Notes: generated from the letters alone by a model not told the origin. DNA of 64,000 nucleotides from Trichoplax sp. H2 (GCA_003344405.1 NOWV01000023.1:62001-126000), one strand, 5' to 3'; numbered from the stretch's first letter, positions 26,086 to 40,800 are shown. A program made the numbers and translations.

Positions 26086-29000
26086 TTATAGGCCACCCAT
26101 GCCAACGTCATTGAAATTAAAGAACGCATCAATATCTTGATTTCCTGCACTTGCACTATCCGATAAGTAATACAAGTTACCCATACAGCACCTTTCTAAT
26201 AATTGCCTACTCAATTCCAAAACGTTGTCTCCGTTGACCTCTACGCCGATAATATCCCCTACAGTGAAATGTCACAGAATTATGTTAAAGTTATCCATAT
26301 CTAGTGGTGGATAGAGAGATTAATTTGGAATAATGATCAATCGACGCAAAATGCATAAACTGTTGCCCGACCTTTTAAGACTTCATCATTATAACGTTCG
26401 GTATAAAAAACGCGCATAGAGTCTTCTGGTTTCATAGATAATTGCTTTGTTTGTACGACAGTACAGTTGGTCTAAGAAAGATACAAAAATCATTTATAAG
26501 TAGACAAATCAATATAGCAATCGGTTCAAAACATAACAGATATTAACCTCTTGCTGCAGTTGCTTTACATATTTCAAAGGAGCATCACTGGCAATAGCAT
26601 CGGCAAAGAATGCTACTAAACAAGACTAGAAGATCAAAAGATATTCAACATAATCATTATGTGTATCAATATAGTATTACCCAAATCACACTTTTTCATA
26701 AATATTTAGATGAAACAATTACGTTTGAAGATAACTTTCTTCTGCATCCCGTAGTAATTGGTACAACACTATCTTTAATTGTGGTCGAGATATCCATAGT
26801 CATAAATTTATCGGACGACGGACGTGGTAAATAATCATCTACAGCTGGGTTCTAAAATTGAATTTTTATCGGCAAAAATTCAATTATGCACCATGGCTTC
26901 CAATTTTACGTCTTCGTCTTACTTTAATAAAACGATCAATAAGTAATTATATCAATCTGTTATACCTCAGGTATTAACATCCAATTGTTTTCACCAGCAA
27001 CAGGGGTAAAATCGTGTATATTGCTCCAATTATTACTAAATACACTTAGCTTGGCAGCAGCAAACTGATCTAAATAATTGTAAAATATGTTTTAACATTA
27101 TAGACTCCAATCGACAAATATTGTTTTAATATCTTTATAAATTTAATCTACCTTTTAATTCTTTATAATAGTATTGAAAACAACCAAATCGAATTGCAGT
27201 TGTTGCTTCTATGATTGGCTGCGTAACACAGTGTAAGAAAATATCCAATTTCTTACAGTCTCGAGTCCTACAGGCAGCAGCACAAAACTTACATTTATCT
27301 GATATTATAAGGTTAAGTTTACTAACAAGGATAGCAAAGATCCAACTGTGACTGGACTGTAATCTAATCTATGCCTTAGATTGGAAAATAATAATTCTAC
27401 ATTTCTTACCTGAATTGCTGACATGCAAGGGCAATCTGGCAATCAGTGCAATCACGAATAAAGACGCTACAGTTATAAGGATCAGAAGATAAAAGTGATA
27501 AAATTTTATGTTACTAGAGTTGATCTGATTGATGGCTTTAATTTCGGTGTGCACCTCTATTAATTGAATAACTAACCTTCCTTGAATAGGTCCGAGAAAA
27601 ATACGACAATTAGTACAGTCGTCAACAGTAATAGTTGCTGAATGATCGAATATATAAATATTACAGTCCTGTTTTAAGTAAAAAGATTTAAAATCAAATG
27701 TAAAATTTTAAAAGTCATTCATGATATATAGCAGGTGGGTTCACATGTCAATGCAATAAACGACAATTGTGCACACAGTAGCTTAAGGTTTAAATTTAGA
27801 CTTGGAATTAAGATGATGCAACAACATATCTCTTCGGTGCTAATTAACTAGTTGATACCTATAGTATAATTTTACAGTAATACAGTATAAGAAACTGCGG
27901 CGAACAGTAACGAAAAATTATTTTAACACAGTTTGCATCCAACCCATACTATAGATTCTGCATTGTGTTACTTAAATCTTCATATACAGTTACAAAGCTT
28001 TACCTAGTATTAGCTCTTTTGACTCTATATCTAAACATCATAAGCAATAACTTGATAATTTACAATGATTGATATCGTATGTATTGCTATACGTAGTAAG
28101 AGCGCATTTTATTAACATATAATTTTCCATCACGAAATTATTAATTCAATAACTTGTTTAAATCCAATTCTTAGACAAGTTAGGTACGGTATTGACGGCA
28201 TGAAAATCTACGCGTGTAGGAGCCTAGAGCAATAGTCAAACTCATAAACATATTTAGATAGTGTATACAGCCATTTTATGTACAGCAATCACTCTTTAGG
28301 CTAGCTTTTAGCGGAGAGAGATTACTATACTCGTGCAGCAGCACTGATATGACTGGCATACAATATAAATCATGCCCACTAATTTATGAATTGATTTTAT
28401 ACTTTACTGTAATAGGTACGTGCTACATTGCGGCAACTAGGAGCAATAAGACTCCGTTTTGGTAGGTATTTTCAGTTTGATTATTATTATTATGATTTGT
28501 TATTATCTACTACAGTTTAGTGATCAGGTCTTACCTTGCAGTTATCAATGATAAACTGCTGCCCTTTTACTTCGCCTGGGAGTCGACCAACAGTTTCGCC
28601 CGATAGATTTTGCAAGGTATAATCTTTAGGGTCTACGCGTTCTCGTCGATCCCTAGTTTATTATGATTAAGATAGTAAATGGAACGGATCGATATTTATT
28701 TATTATTTTATTGACTGCAGTAAAATAAACTTATCAGTGCTTCGGCATGTTTATAAATCATTAGGTGCTTCATTATCTCTCTCGATACAATGTACAGTAC
28801 ATATCGTATATATACATATCTATTACTTAATTAATGCTCGTTCGTGTACTACTCAATTAAGAGGACTAATCCACTTACGGTTAAGATACCCGAAAGCGGT
28901 AATACAAGAATAAATGGCAGAAATTGGAACGCTGTACACTCAATCACAGTGATAGGAGTAATTCAAATTCTTACTCGTAAGTTGATCATAATGTGCCAAC

Positions 29001-29861
29001 TAATGTACGTATAATTTAATACCTTGTGGTATACGTATCGATCTGTTTATCATATCAACTAGGCTTATTAATTCATTGTAGCATAGTTCTTTTTACATTA
29101 TATAGATAGACTTAATTCTTGTTGTAGTCAAAGCAATATTCCATCAAAGTGTTCAATTAAAAGCTCATTTCAGTTCAATAATAAACTAGGTATGCTGTAA
29201 ACTTTCGAGTAAAGTCGACCTTACTACTGGTCAGTACATTGAACAATAGTGATAGGCGTGATAATCATTCGATGCAGCAAAATCGTGATTTGGAGGTCGA
29301 TTTCGTCCTATCGTATAAATTTGGCAGTTTGATCAACTGAAATGATCACTCATCTCCATAGATATATCTTGTAGATGGCATTACAATTGAATGATACTAA
29401 CACGATTTTAAAAACAAATGGAAGGTCTAGGTCTAGAACGTGAACAATGTCGCACGATTCATGAAGGTACGTGTCTGTATTGATCGATATACCAGCGTCC
29501 ACATTTACTGTCTATACTCCTATTTTTATTCTTCCATAATACCATCGCAATCGACAACAATAATTGGAATGAAAATCGATACGAGTATCACATCTTTTAG
29601 TGAATTATAATAAAATACAGCAAATTAAATTGAAGAGTTATTAATCCGAAACTCTTACTCTTCGTTTATTCAAATCCATTCTATTATATAATAATTGATT
29701 ATCATGCGCACAATCGAACGATCACATCGTCGGTCTAATTACTATCCGATTTTGAGTATACCATATGACAACGCTATTGCTGTGGCTTACCAACTGTACA
29801 CTTTGGGTTCTTCGTGTGCAAGAGCACGCTCATTTCCATATTTCGATCCAAAACAACCCAT
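26086..29861 (-). CDS. RP2: Protein XRP2 (retinitis pigmentosa 2 homolog, ARL3 GAP), multi-exon
   Basis: Exon 1 (29861-29791) MGCFGSK...KVYSW carries the N-myristoylation/palmitoylation signal. Next are [11 protein letters not shown]...[13 protein letters not shown], the TBCC domain ([34 protein letters not shown]) and an NDK-like C-terminus ending [16 protein letters not shown]. Confidence 0.95.
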
Positions 29862-31093
29862 GATAAAGTAATGAGAATTGTCTTCAATTGCCGTCCAAAT
29901 TGGAAGATCAACTCCAACTAGATATTCAATTTAATCTAACGCTAGGCTTTGTTACCGTACTGTACGTCAACCGTCTTGATGATGGCTTCATTAATGATGG
30001 ATGGGCAGGTCTGAAAGCTTTGTTGATATTACTATGGTTGATCCGCACGCCGTGCGCAACTCTATAGCAGTATTCTGGTAGAAGTTGATTGCGCAGTAGC
30101 TTCATGTCATTACGTCATCTACCCATTGTCTGTACACTTGTACACTGTACAGACATGCTCTCGTATACAGTCCACACCAATGCAGCAAGAATAATACGGA
30201 CTCCTATCCTTTTTGTGGCCATACGAAACGCTACTCTAGCGCTGAAATGATCAAGCGAAGTTGAAATGACCTGCTTCCCATGTTGAGTAATGTATATATA
30301 TATATACAGAACGACCTCTTCCTATTTCGTAGTCCCTGTAATCTATGGCTATAACTGAGCTGCAGTGCTAGCCAAGATCCATATTTAAAATGTTGTCTGA
30401 CAGTTCTACAGTACGACAAATGGTAATACTATCTGTTAAATGAGCACATTATCGTAAACCGTCAGCAAAGCGACGGGAGTTTGCACTAGTTTTATACGAA
30501 AAGCTTGCTTGCTTGCCTAGGGACTGTACACTGTGCAGTATACATGTCATATACACGATGAACAGTACAGTAAAAAGTGGCTCGGATCGGACCGCTTGGA
30601 TAAAGCACTGAAGGTTACTATAGTAACTCTACAGTATCTAGCCATACTGATTCAGCTACACGGTACTGTATAATAAAATTGTTAGTACTGTACTACAGTA
30701 TATTGCTTACTACCAGACTGCTGCTGCTATCAAGGCTGAAAGTAAAAAATTCAACGTTGAAAATTTCTGTTCCTAGCCAAAGTTCTCTACTCACTTTTGG
30801 TATGCATTATATACAGTATAATAGATAGATAGATAGATACATGCTTGTTAAACATGAAACTACGGGTATATACGAAATTTTTGTCATATTGCTCCTAGCT
30901 GCTACGATCATAATAGAATAATAGATAGATACCCGTACAGTAATACAAACTGTATATTTTGGGCAGATGATTACGTAATCCATCGTTCGTTCTGGTGTAA
31001 GCTAATAATCCACTTGTATCTTCTTTTTTTTGGATAGCTATACGAATAATTTATAATTTCTGCACGTACTGTGGCATTGACCAACTGATTTTG

Positions 31094-32653
31094 ATGCCAT
31101 TATCAAGCATGAATCAACTGCAAAAGACATTTCGAAATAAATTGCGTAAATCGCAATCGTCTAAAAGTGATGCAGATAAAGCTAGCCACCAAACTGATTC
31201 ATCAACTCCTTCCATCGATGTTGTCATTATCGGCGCTGGTATCGCCGGTTTAGCTGCAGCTGAACTTCTTTGTGCTGACGGACATTTCAAAGTTACCATA
31301 CTTGAAGGTAGTAATAGAATCGGTGGTAGAATTTACACTACGGACCTGGACGATAAATCCAAACTGGAAATAGGTGCACAATTTATCCATGGACATAAAA
31401 AGAATCCAATTTATAAATTGGCAAAAAAATACGGCATTAAAGTTTATAATGAAGCAGACTGCTATAACGAGAAGAGTCTTCACTTAACCGAAAGGGGCGA
31501 CGTTGTGCGAACTTCTAAAGCGATAAAGGCTATGGATTTTTATGAGGATATCCTTAATCAGAGCACCAATCGACAATACTTAAATGAATTACCCAGTAAC
31601 AGCAATAATGTTGGTAGTTATATTAAGTGGAAATTAAAGGAAAAGTTATCCACTATCCCCAACAAGGATGAGCAATCATTACTTGCCAGCATATATTCAT
31701 GCCGCGAAGCAATTGAATGTGTTATATCAGCATGTGATTCTCTGCAGGACCTACATCTCCAGGATTTTGGAGACTACATTGAGCTAACTGGTGAGGATAA
31801 AGAATTTAAGAATGGATTTAGTGAAATTCCACACAAGATAGCTCAAAATATTCCAACAGACGTCTTGCATTTAAATAATCGGGTTCAGAAAATTAGGCGC
31901 AACAGCACTGATACTGGTCAAGATAATAAGAATGGTAGAGTAACAATTGAGTGTACTAATGCTAAGACTTACAAAGCTGATTTTGTCATATGCACTGTCT
32001 CGCTTGGCGTTTTAAAAAAAGAAGCTGCTGATTTATTCGACTCTAGCTTAAGCGAGAAGAAATTGAAAGTAATTGATCGCATGGGCTTTGGATTAACTGA
32101 TAAACTATATCTACGTTACTCTAAACCGTTTTGGAAACATAGAGATTTTTCGTACTTCTTTTATTGGGACGACGAGGATTACAAAAATAGTCGAGGCAAA
32201 GGCATCCAATTAGCAGAAGGCGAAGAGTGGTTACGAAGTATTGTCAATATAGAAACAGTTAGGCTTAATTCTGATACTTTAGTAATTTGGATAAGCGGAG
32301 AATGTGCTAGAGTCATGGAGAAACTTTCGAAAAAGGATATATCCAATTCCATTACTCGTGTTTTACAAAAATTTACTGGAATATCCAACCTGCCAGAACC
32401 GTACGATGTCATCCAAACGAAATGGTTTAGTGACCCCTTATTTTGTGGTTCTTACTCTTATATTAGCACTAGCTCTTGTAGCGATGATGTGGATACTTTA
32501 GCTGAACCAGAAGTGGACGAAGATGGTTGCCCGTTGATTCTTTTTGCAGGTGAAGCTACGCATCGAAACTTTTATTCCACAACCCATGGTGCTTACCTGA
32601 CAGGTCAAAGGGAAGCTACGAGAATTATCAATCTAATCAATTCGAATGCTTAA
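31094..32653 (+). CDS. SMOX: Spermine/polyamine oxidase-like flavin amine oxidase, intronless CDS (paralog 1)
   Basis: GAGIAGL FAD motif, [35 protein letters not shown] and [25 protein letters not shown]. First true ATG at 31094. SMOX versus PAOX is not resolved. Confidence 0.9.
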   Translation: MPLSSMNQLQKTFRNKLRKSQSSKSDADKASHQTDSSTPSIDVVIIGAGIAGLAAAELLCADGHFKVTILEGSNRIGGRIYTTDLDDKSKLEIGAQFIHGHKKNPIYKLAKKYGIKVYNEADCYNEKSLHLTERGDVVRTSKAIKAMDFYEDILNQSTNRQYLNELPSNSNNVGSYIKWKLKEKLSTIPNKDEQSLLASIYSCREAIECVISACDSLQDLHLQDFGDYIELTGEDKEFKNGFSEIPHKIAQNIPTDVLHLNNRVQKIRRNSTDTGQDNKNGRVTIECTNAKTYKADFVICTVSLGVLKKEAADLFDSSLSEKKLKVIDRMGFGLTDKLYLRYSKPFWKHRDFSYFFYWDDEDYKNSRGKGIQLAEGEEWLRSIVNIETVRLNSDTLVIWISGECARVMEKLSKKDISNSITRVLQKFTGISNLPEPYDVIQTKWFSDPLFCGSYSYISTSSCSDDVDTLAEPEVDEDGCPLILFAGEATHRNFYSTTHGAYLTGQREATRIINLINSNA

Positions 32654-34266
32654 TCTCATTATACGTTCTCTGTTACCTCATAAATCTAAGGGAATGGTGA
32701 AAATTGATTATTTATCGATATATTTTTATTTTTGAACCATGTGACTATCGAATAGAGAGAAATTAATGCGCGTATAGTTATTATAGTTATCTTCAAATCA
32801 AATTGATCCTAATTATTACCTATTGTAGTTAAGCCTAAAATCCAATAGCCAAAAATTTACTTATCGTTTTTATAGTTTTCAAGAGGACACAAAGTTTATT
32901 ACTTCTTGTAGATACATTTCAATACTGGTTTTCTGATACTTGAGTAAATACAATTTCAGCACGACACTAACTAAATTAACAATGCGCAGCAAATGACAAT
33001 TTTATTTTTTGACAAGCTGTAATAAAAGAGTCTGTAGATGTTGTCTGTGTTATCAGGTCGCGTTGCAAAGATGGTTATAAATAAAGTATAATATTGGTAC
33101 TACTAACATTTTTAGCAAATGTTTGCAGTTTTTCAGTTTAGTTATGGCATATAAGCATATCGATGTTGTACACTAGAGACCCTCTATTGTACACGTATCG
33201 TATTGGTTGTATCAGTCTAAGGATTCATATTTTAGGATAGATTTGTAACCTGAATACTGTAATAATATTAAAGGAATGAAGAATCGTACTTCTTTTGCAT
33301 ATCTTTTAAGAATTACAACTTTCGATTTAGTATTGCTATGCAGTACAATGGATTATGGTAGAAGTTTTAAATGATCAACGTTAGGTATATTTGCAGCAGT
33401 AGAATCTGTTATTTTTTCGTATAAGTTATTCGTAAGAACTTATTTGCTAATCAAGTCAAGTTCTATAAAATTTATATTTACTTGTGCGGTGTGTGCAGTA
33501 TACAGTGTATACGTAGGTACAATCTATCTATATATAAGTATATACGTAGGTACAATCTAAATTATCCGCGTCATTCGTGACAGTAGGGTTTATTATTTTT
33601 GCAACAGTTATTCGTAAGATATCATTTACTACTATAGTCAAGTCCTATTAAGTTTACGTATCTATACTATACGTTTATATGAGTGTTGTGACATACTCGT
33701 AGGTAGTATATTAGTCATTCGGATGTAGTCAATCGCAATCACAAGAAATTTTATAAGAGAGTCGATTAATTGAATCGTTGCAATTCAATAATCAGGAACA
33801 AGATTAGCTCTTTGTGACGAAAGTATAAAATATTAACATTACTTACGGCTATAATAAGAAAACTAACAATGATCATTTAGATCTCTTCCGATATTTTTTG
33901 GTCGAGAATACTGTCATTGATCAATAAGCCATTTCAGTTATCAGTATTCACAAACTGTTGCCTACAGTTTAGTGCTACATAATATGGCGTACAATAAAAC
34001 GGTTTTGATTTAGCTATTCTCGCGTTTATTTACAGTTAATATGCTATAAATTGCATTCCAACCAATTTATCCTAAATACTTTGAAAGCTTGCCAAAAATA
34101 TTGCATAGTACACCATCAATGCTAATGTCTTGTTGTATGTGCACGACTGGATGTGCTTCCATTTGTAATTTAGATTCACTACGTGCGCAAATATGACTCG
34201 ATTATACAGTACTATAAACAGCATGAATTAATGATAACAAGCAATTTTAGGAAAGAAAATAATCTT

Positions 34267-35769
34267 TCAAGTTAATCCGTACACCCCCAACAACCTCATT
34301 GCTTCCCGTCTTCCACTAAGATATGCTCCATGCACAGTAGAATAATGTTGTCTATGAGTGGCTTCTCCCGCAAACATAATTAGTGGAGATTTATTCTCTT
34401 TGTCCAAAATTGGATCTTCAATGATCTTAAAATCTTCCCCACTCGCTGCTGTACTAACGTAACTATAAGAGCCACGGGTATGGGGATTGCTATGCCAGCA
34501 GGATTTGATGATGTTGTAAGGTGGTTGGATAAGAGGGTTATCCATGTACATTTTGAGCAGTTTCGTTAATGAGAGTGAAATTTGTTCATTTGAAAATTTT
34601 TCAATTTCTATAGCTGGGGAACCGGCTATCCAGAAAACCAGAGCATTCTTACAAGATTGACATGTTGAAACCGCAGATACGTTCCTTAGCCAAGCATCAT
34701 CATTGGATAGAAGGCATCTGTCGCTGGGACTTTTGTACTCTTGATCATTCCAGACGAATACTAACCGAAATTGATGACCACTCCAGAATGGCTCTCTATA
34801 AAATAGAAATACTTTATTAACTGTACCAAATCCAAGGCGGTTAATTGCCTGTAATTTTGGTTGAGGTAAGGTAGGATTAAAAAGAGTTTCAGCCATCTCT
34901 TTAAGAACACCAAGTGATACGGTACAAACGACATGATCAGCTGTATAACTTTTACCATCCTTGCATATTACATTTATTGGATATACATGATTAGTTTGAG
35001 ATTTGGAGTCATTGGGATCGTTTCGATTGTAAGAAGATGAATCGTTATAATCTACCAGCTCAACTATAGTATTTGTTTGTACAGTCACATTTGTTTTCTT
35101 CAAATTATTGATTAAATGTTGTATTACATTGTCGTAACCACTAGTAAATTCCCAATTGTGACCGTCTAACTCATGATATTCTCCAAAATCTTTCAAATGT
35201 AAGTCATGTAAAGAGTTACACCCAGAAATAGCGCACTCTATTAATTCAAAGCAGTGAAATATGCTTGCAAACGCAGATCTATCCTTTGCATGGACATCGA
35301 GGATTCTTCGGCGTAGGCTATTTCTGAGGAAAGTTCCAACGCTGTTGATACCTTCAGGTAACTGTGCTGCAGGTGCTGTAGCAAAACTTTTGCACATCTC
35401 GATGGTACTATAATAAGAGTGGCTAGCATTATTTCGTATCGTTTCATCGATATTTTGATTGGATTCGATACCATAACGCAATGCGCTGAAGTCTAGAATC
35501 GATCTAGTGATTGGTATTTTATTTGCATGGGCAATTTCATAGATTGGATTCTCCGGGGAACCATGGATATAACTGGCTCCAAGTTCGAGGAAAGTAGAAT
35601 CTTTGTCAATGTGTTTTGTATTGACACGACCTCCTATTCTCTGACTTGCCTCTAATAGTAGGACTTTAAAGCATGGATATTGACTTAATAGTTCAGCAAT
35701 CGCTAAGCCAGATACTCCAGCCCCAATGATGACTACCTTTAGAGGGCGATTCCAGGAAGTAGTGGCCAT
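34267..35769 (-). CDS. SMOX: Spermine/polyamine oxidase-like flavin amine oxidase, intronless CDS (paralog 2)
   Basis: [43 protein letters not shown] and [25 protein letters not shown]. Confidence 0.9.
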   Translation of the reverse strand: MATTSWNRPLKVVIIGAGVSGLAIAELLSQYPCFKVLLLEASQRIGGRVNTKHIDKDSTFLELGASYIHGSPENPIYEIAHANKIPITRSILDFSALRYGIESNQNIDETIRNNASHSYYSTIEMCKSFATAPAAQLPEGINSVGTFLRNSLRRRILDVHAKDRSAFASIFHCFELIECAISGCNSLHDLHLKDFGEYHELDGHNWEFTSGYDNVIQHLINNLKKTNVTVQTNTIVELVDYNDSSSYNRNDPNDSKSQTNHVYPINVICKDGKSYTADHVVCTVSLGVLKEMAETLFNPTLPQPKLQAINRLGFGTVNKVFLFYREPFWSGHQFRLVFVWNDQEYKSPSDRCLLSNDDAWLRNVSAVSTCQSCKNALVFWIAGSPAIEIEKFSNEQISLSLTKLLKMYMDNPLIQPPYNIIKSCWHSNPHTRGSYSYVSTAASGEDFKIIEDPILDKENKSPLIMFAGEATHRQHYSTVHGAYLSGRREAMRLLGVYGLT

Positions 35770-36343
35770 TATTATGGGGTAAGCTGTAGGAGTAGCGTCC
35801 GGTAAGTTTTCTATCGTTCAATTCTCAGTTTCTCCCTTTCAGATTTACGTCTTAGCCTAAAGACAGCAGTATCCTGCATTTTGTTACTCTACTTTACTGT
35901 AGTATTATTATTCTTATAGATACATAGACACTATGATAGGAAAATCTTCAAATTGACTGAGAATTGACAGTACTCTATCTGTTAACTCAAGACTACAAGA
36001 AAACAGGATTGAATTTTGAATTGATTTATGAGGTTAATTATAAAGTTTATACTGATCAGAATGCTCTATTAACTAGCTTCAATCAAATCAATAATACAGT
36101 ATGCGTCCATGCAGAATAATCAATGGATGTGCATCTATAATATGATCCAGTAAGGAGGGATGTACAGCACTATATCATTTCTACAGTAGTACGAGCGAAC
36201 AAACAGGTGGCAGACTGCCCACTGCTCCCTGACAAAATCCATCTTACAGCAGAGTCCAGCACAGTACTGTACTGACTATGATTCATTTCGGTGGAGATAA
36301 ATCGGTGCATAATTAAGTGGGTAATTTGCATAATAAAATTGAT

Positions 36344-37376
36344 CAAATTTGATATGATCCACTATCTATTGATATTTAATTTGACTTCAAAATTGACTCC
36401 TGTTGAATTATTTTATTCCTTTTTCCATTCCATTAGTGGATTAGTACTATTACTACTATACGATATATATGTCATATACATACTGACATGGTGTACACCA
36501 CTGTACAAATTTGATATGATCCACTATCTATTGATATCAATTTGACTTCAAATTGACTTCTGTTGAATTATTTGATTCCTTTTTTCCATTCCATTAGTCG
36601 ATTCGTACTATTACTACTATACGATATATATGTCATATACTGTACATACTATGATCACTATCTATGGATATCAAGTTGACTTCAAATTGACTCCTGTTGA
36701 ATTATTTGATTCCTTTTTTCCATTCCATTAGTCGATTAGTACTATTAGTACTATACGATATATATGTCATATACATACTATGATCACTATCTATGGATAT
36801 CAAGTTGACTTCAAATTGACTCCTGTTGAATTATTTGATTCCTTTTTTCCATTCCATTAGTCGATTTGTACTATTACTACTATACGATATATATATCATA
36901 TACTGTACATACTATGATCACTATCTATGGATATCAAGTTGACTTCAAATTGACTCCTGTTGAATTATTTGATTCCTTTTTTCCATTCCATTAGTCGATT
37001 AGTACTATTAATACTATACGATATGTATGTCATATACATACTATGATCACTATCTATGGATATCAATTTGACTTCAAATTGACTCCTGTTGAATTATTTG
37101 ATTCCTTTTTTCCATTCCATTAGTCGATTTGTACTATTAGTACTATACGATATATATGTCATATACATACTATGATCACTATCTATGGATATCAATTTGA
37201 CTTCAAATTGACTCCTGTTGAATTATTTGATTCCTTTTTTTTGATTCCATTTTTCCATTCCATTAGTGGATTAGTACTATTATACGATATATATGTCATA
37301 TACATACTATGATCACTATCTATGGATATCAATTTGACTTCAAATTGACTCTTGTTGAATTATTTGATTCCATTTT
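36344..37376. repeat. Tandem array of about 8 units of ~128-160 bp
   Basis: Unit atgatcactatctatggatatcaa(g/t)ttgacttcaaattgactcctgttgaattatttgattccttttttccattccattagtcgatt(a/t)gtactattactactatacgatatatatgtcatatacatact starts near 36355, 36517, 36651, 36780, 36915, 37043, 37172 and 37309. Confidence 0.95.
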
Positions 37377-37806
37377 GAAATAGTCTGATGAATCACGCCA
37401 TACGGTACAGTACATAGTGTACAGTGTATAGCACAGTATACTGTACACTGTACAGTCCTACTGTACTGTACAGTATAGTAGTGGGCATCATTTTGGTACA
37501 GGGTTACAATACGGTACAGTACAATGCACAGGAACGGCAGTTTACCCTTGGAAAGACAGGCTATATCGACGTTAACGCTCAGTTAATGTGCTTGCAGTAG
37601 GATAATCCTCCTTGGTCAATCAATCTACGAGTAGTATTCAATATATTGGAGCTGATCGCGTTGGATTGTCAATTTTATTCTACAACTCTTTGAAGCATCT
37701 GTAGTCTAAAAAGCATCAAGAGAAATCACCAACCATTCATTTTGCCTAGAGTATTGCAATAGTCGTTGAAAGAGTTCTATTGTAGTGTGTAGTTAAGGAG
37801 AGAAAT

Positions 37807-40800
37807 ATGTTACGCGCTTCGTCTTACCTTCAACCCATTCATCGATTAGCGCCGACAAGAGTATGGACAAGGCAGTCATCAAAGTATAGTAAAGTCATCG
37901 CCATTCGACGAGAAGATTATCTAACATGGGAAAGAAGAGCACCTCTTGGGCCAAAGCAAGTCAATTTATTAGTGGAAGAATTTGGCTATAAAGTCATCGT
38001 TCAACCATCGGCTAAGCGTGCTTTCACGGGATCGGAGTATGAAGAATGCGGAGCCATTTTACAAGAAGATATTTCCCAAGCATCATTAGTTGTTGGTGTT
38101 AAACAAGTACCCATCGATAAACTTCTCCCTAATAAAACTTATTGCTTCTTCTCTCATACCATTAAAGCTCAAGCAGACAATATGCCGCTGTTAGACGCTA
38201 TCCTCGAAAAGGTAAATTCCATTACTATCGATCAGTCCTACATGATAGGCATACAAACTGTGAACAATCAGCAAACGCTTTAATTGTCCATCAGGCACAA
38301 ACAAATACGTTCAGTACGGTACTTGCCAGCTTATTTGAACTTGGCCATTTTCCAATCTGCTACAAAAGTAAATGTCGATCCAATCAAGGCCAATCAGTCT
38401 AACAGTCATGTCATTGCTCCTAAATCTGCCTACTGTACCACAATCGATTGCCATAAACTCTATATTGTATCCTCGTCTCATGACCAAACTCTCACAAGCT
38501 CATGATGAACATTGACATAGTATCGGCAATGCCGACGCCTCCTTTTTCATTGCATGAAAACATCACAGTACATTCTTTCCCTTAGGTTAGGCATGACTTT
38601 CAACTCAATAGCCAATGTTTAGCGAGTACACTATCAATTTTAAAATGCTTTATTGCTTCAAAGAATCAAGGATAAACGATCTATTGTCAATTTTCCCCCT
38701 AAACGTGTATTTATTGAATGATTTCTCCACATTTACTTTACTTTATCATTGGTCTATGAAATGAATCGCATTCCACTGATGCCATGTGCTGAACATGGAT
38801 ACGCTGACATAGGCTATACTATCATCATTCCCGAGACGTATTCATTCAGCATATTGTCGCTCTTGCCGAAGAATATCGTAATCGCATATTGTTATATTCA
38901 TGATGGGTTATGCTGCAACAGGCTTCCATGTTGTGGTCATTGAATACTAAACTAGCTAAAATACTATTGAATTCATAACTACAGGATTTAATTAATATAC
39001 ACTCAACTGCATTATCTTAATAGCGTTTATGGTTAGTCCTACTAACGAGATATCGCTTTTCAAATTTTTCTCCTAACGATCTTAACAACGCAATAGCCAA
39101 TAACGGTTGCTTTGATTGATAACAATTAATTATAGTTTAGTAATTTGTCTGCAAGAAAATATTCTATTCAGTTGCTATGGCCACATTTTGGCCATTTATA
39201 GTTCAGCTAATACACAAATCAATCTGACGATGATGTCAAAAACTACTGCATCATATTTGCAATGGATTAATATAATTATTAGACGAGTATACACGTCGTA
39301 GTATACATTAATAATAATTATTATTGTTCTTGAGTAAATGCTAAAGTGCTGGTGTCATGAACTTGCATCATTGAATGGTGGTCAAATGAATAGAATCGTC
39401 AGAGAAAGCCGCTTTAATTCTTTACTCTTGAAATGACCAACTACTGAGCTCTGACTAGCTAATCTATGACGGCTATAAAATCAAGCAATTGGTATTCATT
39501 TCTTTCCACAACACATCGCCCGTTGCCAACTACACAGGTTGAAATGGATATTTCCTGCTGTGCGGTAACTGCCTTTTACAGTTATGACGATGCATTCATG
39601 ATCGTCGATGGGGGATACGACTTCATTGTACTTGACATCAAGCTTTGGTTATACACCGCAGCTTAGAACATGAAATTACTCTTAAACAGATCTGTTTTTA
39701 CCTAAGCATCCATTTTATATATTACCAACAATACTAATGTGCATAACTGTCAATACCATATACTTAAAACCTGACTACCGAATGATGTATCGCCATCATA
39801 GTTTTTATATTCATCTTTGTAAATTTTTCGCATCTGATCCGATTTCTCATATATTTAAATCGGAATCATATTGCTCAAAATGTTAAATATCGATCCTGGA
39901 ATCGTTCAGGTTACTTTTCTCTAACTGTCATTGCGATTATGTTATATCCATTAGCTACGAATATTTCTTAACCAAACATCCGAATAATGATCTATAACAA
40001 TTTGTAAGCATACTTAGATTAATCAACTAATGCTCCAAATTTTCCTCTTAATTATAGAAAATTAAACTAATAGATTATGAAAGATTGGTTGATTCTTCTG
40101 GTAAACGTTTAGTAGCATTCGGACAATTCGCCGGAATAGCAGGTAAATCTCAATGAGAAATAAAGGACTTAATAGATATACATGCATTGTAATTTAATGT
40201 ATACTACATTGACTTATTGCGAATACAACATGTTATATTTATGCAGAGCATTTTCTGTAGTATTCGCTATACCATTTCATCGATACTGTATATCGTAATA
40301 AAATCAATTTAGAGTTATGACTATGCTCTTGTTGTTATAATTTTAGGAATGATTAATATTCTGCATGGAATGGGTGTAAGATTATTGAATCTTGGTTTCC
40401 ATACGCCATTTATGGTAAAAAATAAATAAACTTACGCATCGAATAGTTTACTAGCAAATAGTATCGGTTACAAATTATCAATAACGATGTATGAGTTACA
40501 AGCATACAGTATCACGGTATAATATCATAATATATTAATGATGTATATGATTACATGTGTAAAAAAAGAAAGTAGCGCTTCAAAGTTTAAATTGAGGTAA
40601 TACCACTAGACAAAGGAATTTTTATTTTCATTTTAAGTATGTTCTTGAGCAGTAATATATCGTTTGATCTATTGCTTCAAATAGCAAGGCCATTTTCCTG
40701 TGCTACTAGTCTAGAGTGCTTTGAAATTATAGAGCTAGAAATAACTTTAATGATATTATGCTAGCGTAGGTACTGATACATTTTTACAATCCTGGTAAGG

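Noticed and set aside
31094..35769. Bacterial horizontal transfer of the intronless oxidases
   Set aside because: Motifs (FAGEATH..YST.HGA, GSYSY, IHG...NPIY) look like animal SMOX/PAOX, and composition matches neighbouring exons.
36344..37376. CRISPR-like array
   Set aside because: Whole units repeat with no unique spacers, there are no cas genes, and the context is eukaryotic.
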